In this document: in pieces, positions 52,716-64,000 of the stretch
Layout of the letters: every line of letters starts with the position of its first letter
Numbering within the stretch: position 1 is the first letter of the stretch
Assembly (NCBI GenBank): GCA_030141605.1
Contig: JAQGDQ010000383.1
Coordinates: forward strand, 159,409 to 223,408
From: Tubiluchus corallicola
Lineage: Eukaryota > Animalia > Priapulida
Length of the DNA stretch: 64,000 nucleotides
Direction: 5' to 3'
Translations under genes and position numbers: made by a program
Notes under the pieces: generated by a model
Told to the model about the DNA's origin: nothing
The model's input: the letters and a program-made list of their open reading frames with translations, nothing else
Databases searched by the model: none

Positions 52716-52717
52716 AT

Positions 52718-53056
<339 letters not shown>

Positions 53057-53534
53057 ATAGATTACTATCTAACACTGCCATCTAGTGTTAGTTTTGTAAA
53101 ACCTCCCAGCTGACTTACCTCTGACACAGCTGTATGATCAAATGAATTCACACTTGCATACCCTCAACCTATTCTAAAATAATGGTTGCTGTGAAGTGTG
53201 TGCGTAAGCATAATTCTAGGTTAGTGCCTGCAATTCTCTATGTTACTGAATTTTTCGTTTGTTAGAAAGTGACAGAGCGCAGCAGTTTTCAGCTTGTATT
53301 TTTGCATAAAAAAACTAAACTTTTTGTGTGAGAAAAGCAAAGACTTTGCTGTTTGGTTCTATGGCATGATTTTTTTATGCTTGCAAACTCAAATGTAAAG
53401 CGTATAGCATTTCATTCTGCGATGCGCTATCACCTGATTGTCTGCATAGTTTCTTGTCTGCATATATGGGAGTTGTGCACGTCTGCTGTACAACTATAGT
53501 CATTCATGTTACTTACAAAACACTGCTCATAAGA

Positions 53535-54213
53535 TTGCTTCATTTATATCTGTATGACACATCACCTTGTCACACTGTATCATAATGTTGATTCATTTAT
53601 ACCTGTATGACACATCACCTTGTCACACTGTATCATAATGTTGATTCATTTATATCTGTATGACACATCACCTTGTCACACTGTATCATAATGCTGCTTC
53701 ATTTATATCTGTATGACATATCACCTTGTCACGCTGTATCATAATGTTGATTCATTTATATCTGTATGACACATCACCTTGTCACACTGTATCATAATGT
53801 TGATTCATTTATATCTGTATGACACATCACCTTGTCACACTGTATCATAATGTTGATTCATTTATATCTGTATGACACATCACCTTGTCACACTGTATCA
53901 TAATGTTGCTTCATTTATACCTATGACATATCACCTTGTCACACTGTATCATAATGTTGCTTCATTTATACCTGCATGACACATCACCTTGTCACACTGT
54001 ATCATAATGTTGCTTCATTTATACCTGCATGACACATCACCTTGTCACACTGTATCATAATGCTGCTTCATTTATACCTGTATGACATATCACCTTGTCA
54101 CACTGTATCATAATGTTGATTCATTTATATCTGTATAGCACATCACCTTGTCACACTGTATCATAATGTTGCTTCGTTTATACCTGTATGACACATCACC
54201 TTGTCACACTGTA
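53535..54213. repeat. 53-bp minisatellite, about 13 copies
   Basis: Unit ttcatttatatctgtatgacacatcaccttgtcacactgtatcataatgttga. Confidence 0.95.
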
Positions 54214-57083
54214 TGTCTTACTTACAAAACACTACAAAACTTCTGGAAAATCGTGTCTTCAGTTTATTCATGCTGCTAAACAAGAACAACTTCACTACTA
54301 TCTCCTAGACAAACTTATTTTTAAACTTAGTAGGTTATCACTTTGATTCTTTATTATTCCTTTACATGAAATGCTTGACATTGTTAAATTGACAAAACTG
54401 ACAATGATAGATACAGAACATGACTTGACATTGCTTCATTTTTTTTTGCTTCTTATGTTGGTTTGAGTTCTTGATTTATATGTAATTATTAGTTTTGTTT
54501 TTGATGAGTTTAAATTTTCAGTTTTGTTTGCTAATTTAAATTTTGCCTCTTCTCATTGCCAAATTTATTTACTGTTTCTAAATTTAAACTCATTTGAACT
54601 TGTTGAGTCTTTTTTGTTTTGTTAAGTTGCTGATTATTTTCATTTGTACACACTTGACTTGACAGGTCAGTTAATTTTCTTCAGTTTGGATAGGGGTAGT
54701 TGACTTAGTGACCCTTGGTCTTTTCCCCACCCCGTCTCGTTTCCGTCTTTATTTTAGTTTTTAGCTTTTGTTTATGTTTATTTTGTAACATTCAGAGACA
54801 AATATTTTTTTACTTACTTACTTGCTTGCTAGTATAAAGATTTGCTGATTTTTTTTCAGATCGCCTGCACTGTGAACAGGCAAAAATAATGCTGCTTAAA
54901 GCATATACAAATTAAACCTTTTTATGAGTTTCATATTTCTACTGATTAATTGTTTCCTGTCTGCTTGAAGCTACATAACTTTCTTATCAATAGCTAGCAG
55001 ACTTGCTGGCAGTTTTTCTTTCATTAACCTTGAAGCCCTACATATAGGCAGTTAGCAATTAAACACTGCATAATTAAATCATCAAAGCGTCCTTGTTTCA
55101 CTAGTACTATAATCTCGTTACCATAGCAACAGGTTGCAGAAAGAATTCCTCGGCAGCATATAAACTGCAAACTGATCACACGTGATACCAATGGCTAGCA
55201 TTTAGTAGTAGATATTGAGTCGTTAAGCAAAAAACATAGAATGATTGTATTGTTTTACGTTACTGGTACATCCTTAAAACAAAATAATACAATATGTACT
55301 GTATTAATGCTTCGAAATTAGGTAAAATAGTTGTCAATCAAAATGAAAATAGCTTTCAGCAAAGTAAAAAAAAGTCATGGTGAAAAGGAAACGTGTCGTT
55401 AAGTGAATAAAGGTGTCATATGTTTGTCATCATTAAAACGAAACGTCGCTAAACTGGGAGTCGTTCTGTATGTCTAAACCAGAAACAATCAACAGAAATT
55501 GTCAGTTTTTGCTATTGATTTCTGACATATTATTATTATTTTTGCAGGGCACTGACCCAGACACGAAGGACTACATCTGGGTGACCAGTAGCGGATTAAA
55601 TATTCACGGTGTTCTGAATGCCGCCTGTCCCGCCACAGTCTGTCCAACAGAGAACATTTTTATTTGCAATATGTTCCAGAAAATTCTCCAAATGTTTTAC
55701 ATTTGGTCGAAAATACACCGTTTCTCCAAAAGACTGGTTGGGGTAATTCACGTACAGCACATTTTACAGCACTTTGATTTCAGTGTGTTTTATACTATAA
55801 TAATTTGTCCATAAATCATTTTGCTTCATTAATTGCAATGAAAGTGAATTAATTACTATATTTTTTTCTTTCACATAAAGTCTATTTAAGCGGGTTAGTA
55901 CTTACTGCTTATGTATTATAATTCAGTGGTGCCATCTATGGGTCTTTTCTGTCGTAAATTAATAAATCAGTAGATTGTTAACAAACTGGTTTTGAAATCT
56001 TTCCAATGTTTGGGAAATTTCTAGACTTTGGTTTATGCGACTGGTAAATTTACGTGACGTCGACACATGAGCAATTACGTTTGAGATTAGATTGTGCAAT
56101 CGACTTTTGTAATTTGTCATTTTCATGCCAGACAGCAACAGGTGCGCGTGAGGGAAGTTCATAACCTTGGGAAATTACCGTCTCTATCTGATTTTGCCAT
56201 CAATTAATGTTTGCATAAATCATCTCTAGTAGGCCTAATGTGTATCTTATCTGTAAGTTCATAACCTTGGGAAATTACCGTCTCTTTAATCTGATTTTGG
56301 CGTCAATTAATGTTTGAATAAACTCATCTCTAGTAGGCCTAATATGTATCTGATCTGTAATTTTTTGTAGAGTTCTTTCGTGTTATCTTGAAAAGGTAAA
56401 TTTGCTTTGCACCTGTAGCAGGATTCAGCCAGCATTTACATAATGTAGCTTTTTCTTTTGGGCGTGTATTATCTTAGTGCATAAATGATTTGCACCTGCA
56501 ATTCACAGTATCTTGTACTTATATATCCATCTGTCTCCTTAGGGCAAGAGTTAAAGGAAAAGACACGTCTTCTAGGAGGTTAAGCTTATTTCAACTTTCG
56601 CGAAAAATGTTAGACGGATTTAGTAATGAAATGCATTTTGTTTTAGTTAAATTAGAATAATATCAGAGCCTTTAGTAGTAAGCTTGATTTAACATTGTTA
56701 ACATTGTGCGAATGGCAAACCACAAATGAAGTTTAAATCGATTGAAATAAAGTTTAAATATTCACGCTGGGATAGGTAGGATTAAATTTTATGTGCGTTT
56801 TGTCGTTTTTGTTGATAGGACTACAAATGAATAGTTTACAAAAAAGGTTATTTAAGCTACAAATTGATTTACAAATGTAGGTATAGGCTTATAACCTACT
56901 CATCCCGTGCACTGGATTTCAGCTCACGAAAATCTCATAATGTGTATAGATTTTGTCAACTTTAACATTGAGTCATTCAAATCCATTAAATATCCTTAAA
57001 GTAATTAAGAAAGTTGCTTATTTGGAGTAACACCAGTGTTCAATGTCAAGTAGCATACTCTTTAGCTAAACCTGTATACTTAC

Positions 57084-57143
57084 ACCTTTGATTCCAGGTA
57101 CAGAATATGGAGGTGGTGCTTGTCCAATTTGCTCCTCAGACAT
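57084..57143 (-). CDS. Dispanin subtype-1 first coding exon (paralog of 28672-28613)
   Basis: MSEEQIGQAPPPYSVPGIKG|gtaagt. Flanks 56750-57460 align with 28505-28940. Confidence 0.75.
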
Positions 57144-58099
57144 TTTTGAAAATTGTTCTCCAAGATAAAAGGGTGTTTAGCTAATTTAATTTAGCTAACT
57201 TAAGATAGGCAATTTGGTTTGTTAGTACATTGCTGCAATAAACGCCTGTCAGTTGAATAAGGAAACTCACGCCCTTGTAAGTTTAAGTGAATTTTGTGAT
57301 CTGGGTTCTATTTTCCAGCAAAATCTCTGATGATTCTATTACAAAAAAGTTTTGAGCACAAACAATAGCAAATGTAATGATTGGCGATTTTCATTTAAGT
57401 TTTAGAATATTCTCCTTAATGTAGAAATACTACTAAATGCGACCTTTCACAGTGACGTCATAATCTGAAGAATTCTAATTTGAAATTTAAAAATGAAATT
57501 TTCCTATTGTATTTACGGTTTAAGTTAATACAAGTTGATACTTTCCAAGTTAAGTTGCCTAGTAACTCGCAAGCGTGTTCAGACTTGAGAGCACAACTTG
57601 CAGCGAGCCACTCTCCTACAGTAAGTGCGACATTCACTCTCTGTTTTCTGCAAAAAGTATCGAAAGTAACTCGTCGAAGTGCGCACACTGGACATTAATT
57701 CAACTCGTTGCAACTGTTGGGTTTGCAATTTATTGCTGGCAATAATTCACAAAGCAATTCATATTTGTGAGTTTGCTGTCGTGGAGAAAACTCACTAGTC
57801 TCAACGTGACATTGTAAAGCATTAACGAGCGACTTTATAAGCCTATTAATGAAAAAAGTTTCTTATTTTGTAACTCTTTTAAGTTGTCTAAAATAGGGCA
57901 GAATCAAGCATGTCGTGCAGTCGTCAGATGCTTATTAAAAGTGACACAATCGTGAGTCTTTCTTTGCAGGTTTTTATTTTTGCCCACCTGAAATTTTGCC
58001 CCCACTTAAGTTAAAAAATGGACAATTTTTAATGCAGTGTACTTGAACTCAAAATTCTGGACACAGTTCAGAAGTAATTGAAAGACGATGCACCTGGTG

Positions 58100-58245
58100 A
58101 GCGGTAAAAAATGCACAGGTAAAATGACACAGAAAAAATGACAAAGTAAATGTGGCACAGGAAAAGATCACACAAATTTAAAGTAGCTAAAAATCTCACA
58201 GGTAAAAATGGCACAGGAAAAATGGCACAGGAGAAAATGGCACAT
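58100..58245. repeat. Degenerate aaaaatggcacagg tandem repeats (subterminal repeats of a DNA-transposon remnant)
   Basis: About 7 copies. Nearby 58490-58600 is similar to 26560-26660. Confidence 0.5.
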
Positions 58246-59429
58246 ACGTAATTTGATGCAAGTGATTTCTATAATAAAACTAGAATACATTCAGTAGGAA
58301 GCAGATATTTCTTCGAAAGCTGGACAATCTTAAACTTGTTCATTTTGTTTTTTTTTGTTTGACAAAGGTTTGACGAAATTTCCTGCCGCCTTAATTTAAA
58401 ATTCTTATATAAGTCCTCAGATTGTTAGATTTTCTTATAATAGCCCAAAACTAAAAATATAGGTGTTTTAGATGCACACATGCATTATTGATCATAACAG
58501 TGCGTACTTTTAATGAATTGACACATTTTAAAGCTCGATATTTTAAATATCTAATTAGTTTTTTGGCAGTTTGACTTGCTTGCTTTTTTAGTTTCCAATG
58601 TTCGTTTTGTCAGTCGACTTCTGCATAGGGACTTCTTGCATAACTTCCTATCATAAATTTCTGCTAATAACATTTAAATAACATTTGGTTTGGTTTGAGT
58701 TTCCTTGGATTTTGTTTAAAGGAAGACCGGATGATTGTTGAGACTCAATCTCATTTTAATTCACTGTCCAAAATATATATTTTCTTGCCTGTAAAAGTTA
58801 ACTAATGTTCCTTATAATTGAATAATTAGCTTAGAAATTTAATTAATGGCAGCCGTACACAGCCATTGCTTACGTCAGAAACTAACCACATTTTGTGCAA
58901 TGGCAGACATTTTCCCTTGCGCGTCAAGGACATTTGCATAAGTGTTACAGTACTGCTTAAATGCATGACACGAAAATGGGCTTATATCATATAACGTCAG
59001 AAACTAACACAGCAGTTCATGATCGTGGTTATCACGGTACCGCCTTCCATTTGTCGGTCACGTAAATACGACAAAAAGGCGTCGTTGCCAATCTTAGTAG
59101 ATTCACTGAGCCGCATGTAGCTTTGAAAGTTTAACGAAATTTGAGTGTCCGAGGTAATTATTATTTAATCTAAGCTTTGATTTCAAAGAAGTTATTGTAG
59201 TTTTCAATATTTTAAAGCATTCTTTACTCTGAACTAATGTTTACACAATCATCCGGTTTTCTTTTAAAGCATGCATTATTTGAATTCTTGATTGATATTG
59301 AATTGTCTTTTACGAGTGCTGCTTTCTTCTGGATACACGCACGCACGCACGCACGCACGCACGCACACACACACATACACACACACAATATTTCCTTTTC
59401 AATAGATTATGAACTATGAATTTTATTTC

Positions 59430-60760
59430 ACACATACAATATCAAACACATTAATAAACTTTAAATAAAATAATTTGAGTAGTGCGAGATGAGTGTGCGG
59501 CCATACGGTCATTAACACACACACCCGACTTAAATGCAAAAATGATTATAATTATGGATGCTTCTGTAGATAACTTAATGTAAATAAGGATGAAGTAAAT
59601 GATGTAATGATAGCAATGGTATAAGAGCAATAAACCTGAAAGTTGAGAAAGGAAAACATAATATGTAATTATGACTTTGAATGAGCCTTAAAAAGTGAAT
59701 TTTTTTAAATAGTTACGAATATGAATTATGTGATTATCTGTCAATGCACCATTTACTTGCATTACAATGCACCATATTGCTTACTTCTATATACAATGAT
59801 ATACATATACACATATATGTACCCAAATTTAAGTGGGGGAGAAGCGATTAAATTATACATTATACTTGTAGTAATAACTATAATTGTATGTAACATTTAA
59901 ATATAATTGATGGTTGTAATGTAGCCATCATAACCATTAAATTTAGATAACCGCATGTAGATGATTTTGAAAAAGCAACAATTGTTTAAAATACACGTAT
60001 AATCGCAAACTTGACAAAAATGACGCAAAGACAAACAAACACGAACACACTCCATCACAACGTTCTGTAAAAACTAGAACAAAAAACTCTCCATGCGCCA
60101 AATGCTCATGACCAATCAAAAACTTTAGTTTAGTTAATTTAAACATAATTTATTTAGGGTTGGATCAGACAGTTTGTACAACATGATTTAGGATCCTCAC
60201 CACAACAGACTTTATACACTATTTACAAGAACATTTACAGTAAGAATAGACCATACTTAGTTTTTTGTATACGTTAGTATACTAAAGTTTTACTACAGTG
60301 ATACATTAGACATTAGTAGAAAATGACGGTTATTAAATATAATGTACGATTATTTAAGAATGATGCATTTTATATCAGATAGAAACTACTGGAAGCGTTT
60401 AGTACATAATATAAAGTCATGTATACATTGGAATACTTTACAGTTAGCAACATAGTTAAATTCAGCTTTACCGAATAATAACAACTTCAACAGATCATTA
60501 TTTCCTAAGACAGCTATATTAAGGTTTTCGGGTAGAAGTATTTCATTTAATTTATCAAACATAACTACCCTAGCTAGTTGATACAATGGGCAGTGCAACA
60601 AAAAGTGTTCAACAGACTCAAATCGAAATCCACAGTTACAATTCGGCAATATTGGATTACCGTTATTATCTTTAGAGCCTTTAGAGAAAAGGTCATAGTT
60701 TAGCTGAGAAAATCCGATTCTCATGCGCGTATGATGTACTGATATTGGAATCAAAAACTT
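59430..60760 (-). mobile_element. CR1/Crack-type LINE 3' end
   Basis: ORF 60386-60802: HTRMRIGFSQLNYDLF...CNCG..ESVEHFLLHCPLY...LLLFG. The 3' UTR boundary is approximate. Confidence 0.75.
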
Positions 60761-61099
60761 TCTTGGTGTCACGTGTATCGCGTTCGCGACGCGAATCGCC
60801 ATTGGAACTCTCGGACTCAGAATAAACTTCCTGATTGAATTACGAAGTCATTAGCATGTGTAAACGTAATGCTTAGACATTATTTGCATATGACTTTGAA
60901 CTTTATTTGTTGAGGAATGCGGATTTATCAGCAAAACTCCATTAGCATAGCCGCATGTAAGGTTACTTGTTAAATATTATTCTAAGACGGAATGGGACAT
61001 CGCGTTTGATAAACTTTGTTTAGTGACATCAGTATTTGATTCAACGTTTACCATAAACTTTCAGGGCTGCTCAACTCAAAGAGTAACGTTTTCTAGCCT

Positions 61100-61187
61100 T
61101 CTTTTTTTCGTCCCCTTTTTCTCTGTATCTCTCTCTCTCTTTCTTTCCCCTTTCTCTTTTTCTGTCCCTCTTTCTTTCTCTCTCTCT

Positions 61188-61234
<47 letters not shown>

Positions 61235-61331
61235 GTTTTTCTCTCTGTGTGTTTCTCTCTGTTTTTCTTTTTCTCTTTCTCTCTCTTTCTCTCTCTCTCT
61301 CCCTCTCTCTCTTTCTCCCTGTTTCTCTCTC

Positions 61332-61396
<65 letters not shown>
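61100..61396. repeat. (CT)n tract
   Basis: Direct inspection. Confidence 0.95.
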
Positions 61397-61400
<4 letters not shown>

Positions 61401-62094
61401 ACCCCACACATTCATAAATGACCTGCTCGAATAATTATTAAAAACTGCAATAAAGACAAAACAAAGGCTTAATTCCTATTCAGTAGCACAGGCTACGTAT
61501 CGTATGATGATACGCATTGAAACTATACATTTTATTGATTTTTATTAATAGTATTTGTCATTGTCGTTGTTATTAACGGTAATTACTGTAATAATTAGTG
61601 CAAGCAATATTTGTAAGAATCTGCATGCGAAGATGAGCGTTCAAGTGGTAGTGTGTTTAATTTTATTTGGCATAATAGCTGATTTTCCTTAATGTTAAAC
61701 AGAAAGCAGAAAATCAAAATGGGGTAATATACTCTAGAATGAGAAATATTTTAAAACGATGTTTTAGGTTTGATTTATGAAAAGTTCCATCTACTTTTCT
61801 GTGCCCAAATTCTGTGGGTTTTAATACAAGTCTGTCAGCGCCTAAGCTGCGTTTTGTGTCCAAACTTTTTAATAAGATCAAACTGATTTACGTACAATGA
61901 GCTTTGTGGCTAACCTACAAGTATGTCAAAATGTCTCTTCGTCGAAATTTGCCTGTGCACAAAATTGTCTGGTATCGAATCTTATCAATGTCCAATGGTC
62001 CAATGGTCTTATCAGTGAAAAGGCCCGCTTAATGAATAGCAGTGTTCACACAGCCTTGAGGACGCCGGCATGTAATTTCAAATGCAAATGAAGA

Positions 62095-62724
62095 CTTATC
62101 TTATCTGATCTTCTTTTATTTTGTCTCATCTTATCTTATCTTATCTTATCTTATCTTATCTTATCTTATCTTTTCTTATCTTATCTTATCTTATCTTATC
62201 TTATCTTATCTTATCTTATCTTATCTTATCTTATCTTATCTTATCTTATCTTATCTGATCTTCTTTTATCTTGTCTCATCTTATCTTATCTTATCTTATC
62301 TTATCTTATCTTATCTTATCTTATCTTATCTTATCTTATCTTATCTTATCTTATCTTATCTTATCTTATCTTATCTTATCTGATCTTCTTTTATCTTGTC
62401 TTATCTTATCTTATCTTATCTTATCTTATCTTATCTTATCTTATCTTATCTTATCTTATCTTATCTTATCTTATCTTATCTTATCTTATCTTATCTTATC
62501 TTATCTTATCTTATCTTATCTTATCTTATCTTATCTTATCCTATCCTATCCTATCCTATCCTATCCTATCCTATCCTATCCTATCCTATCCTATCCTATC
62601 CTATCCTATCCTATCCTATCCTATCCTACCCTACCCTACCCTACCCTACCCTACCCTACCCTACCCTACCCTACCCTACCCTACCCTACCCTACCCTACC
62701 CTACCCTACCCTACCCTACCCTAT

Positions 62725-62756
<32 letters not shown>

Positions 62757-63050
62757 TATCTTATCTTATCTTATCTTATCTTATCTTATCTTATCGCATC
62801 ACATCGCATCGCATCTGATCTTGGCTTGTCTTGTCTTGTCCTGTCCTGTCCTGTCCTGTCCTGTCCTGTCCTGTCCTGTCCTGTCCTGTCCTGTCCTGTC
62901 CTGTCGTGTCCTGTCCTGTCCTGTCCTGTCCTGTCGTGTCGTGTCGTGTCGTGTCGTGTCGTGTCGAGTCCTGTTCTACCCTATCCTATCCTATCCTATC
63001 CTATCTTATATTATCTTATCCTATCTTATCTTATCTTGCCTTGTCTTATA
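62095..63050. repeat. Compound pentanucleotide satellite (TTATC/CTATC/CTACC/CTGTC/GTGTC)
   Basis: Direct inspection. Confidence 0.95.
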
Positions 63051-63178
63051 TAAATTTCATTGTTTGCTATAATGACAATAAATTGCTTACTTTCTTACTT
63101 AAACTGCTTACTTACTTGCCTTACAAACTAAACTATCAAACTATTAAACTAAATTTGTCTGCATCGGAACGTAGCCAT

Positions 63179-63830
63179 ATCCTATCCTCTTCCAAACATC
63201 ACTCCTTCCTGTTTTTACCCAAATCCTATCCTCTTCCAAACATCACTCCTTCCTGTTTTTACCCAAATCCTATCCTCTTCCAAACACCACTCCTTCCTGT
63301 TTTTACCCAAATCCTATCCTCTTCCAAACATGGGTCCTTCCTGTTTTTACCCAAATCCTATCCTCTTCCAAACATCACTCCTTCCTGTTTTTACCCAAAT
63401 CCTAACCTCTTCCAAACACCACTCCTTCCTGTTTTTACCCAAATCCTATTCTCTTCCAAACATCACTCCTTCCTGTTTTTACCCAAATCATATCCTCTTC
63501 CAAACACCACTGCTTCCTGTTTTTACCCAAATCCTATCCTCTTCTAAACACCAATCCTTCCTGTTTTTACCCCAATCCTATCCTCTTCTAAACACCACTC
63601 CTTCCTGTTTTTACCCCAATCCTATCCTCTTCCAAACATCACTCCTTCCTGTTTTTACCCAAATCCTATCCTCTTCTAAACACCACTCCTTCCTGTTTTT
63701 ACCCAAATCCTATCCTCTTCCAAACACCACTCCTTCCTGTTTTTACCCAAATCCTATCCTCTTCCAAACACCACTCCTTCCTGTTTTTACCCCAATCCTA
63801 TCCTCTTCCAAACACCACTCCTTCCCGTTT
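63179..63830. repeat. 44-bp minisatellite, about 15 copies
   Basis: Unit atcctatcctcttccaaacatcactccttcctgtttttacccaa. Confidence 0.95.
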
Positions 63831-64000
63831 TTCTGTTTCTTTGTTGTGGGTTTTGTCCACTAGTTGTATAACACTGTCCAGCGGTCTGGCAGTGCAACTC
63901 GTATAAGAGTTTTAGTTTTGGTTTTTATAAAGTCCGCTTAATATGCCGACGGTTGAGGCGAGATCTGAACCTAGCTCATTATTAAGGATAATCCTTCAAG

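Noticed and set aside
53535-54213. CRISPR-like array (also 29614-29817 and 63179-63830)
   Set aside because: The units are head-to-tail with no unique spacers, there are no cas genes, and the context is eukaryotic.
55470-55814. Plus-strand exon after a good acceptor at about 55547
   Set aside because: No recognisable domain and no partner exons; possibly a decayed transposon exon.
62271-63863. Long SYLIL/PYPTL and PSCFYPNP ORFs
   Set aside because: Translations of the pentamer and 44-bp satellites.

Overview
AT-rich, intron-containing, repeat-dense eukaryotic DNA, most consistent with an invertebrate animal. It is not prokaryotic and has no CRISPR array or rRNA. All recognisable host genes are on the minus strand and were reconstructed by hand from GT-AG splice sites and reading-frame phase. 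(1) A DEG/ENaC-family ion channel gene with 8 exons (14638 to 955) that runs off the left edge. (2) The last two exons of a second DEG/ENaC paralog (20230-18645); I could not find its upstream exons. (3) A cluster of CD225/dispanin (IFITM/PRRT-like) genes: two near-identical complete 4-exon copies in a recent ~7 kb duplication (33143-40238 and 43161-49518), plus pieces of a second subtype with an N-terminal PPPY motif (28672-26845, 42858-42664, 57143-57084) for which I find no terminal exon. Between the truncated dispanin and the orphan channel exons lies a LINE whose ORF2 start is flipped and bracketed by ~785-bp inverted arms. The rest is LINE fragments, a Gypsy LTR-PBS-gag stub, solo LTRs, pogo/Tc1/hAT-type non-autonomous elements, Helentron-like elements, Penelope remnants (one with a minimal hammerhead ribozyme motif), tRNA-derived SINEs and satellites. 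Family assignments come from motif recognition by eye, not from database searches.
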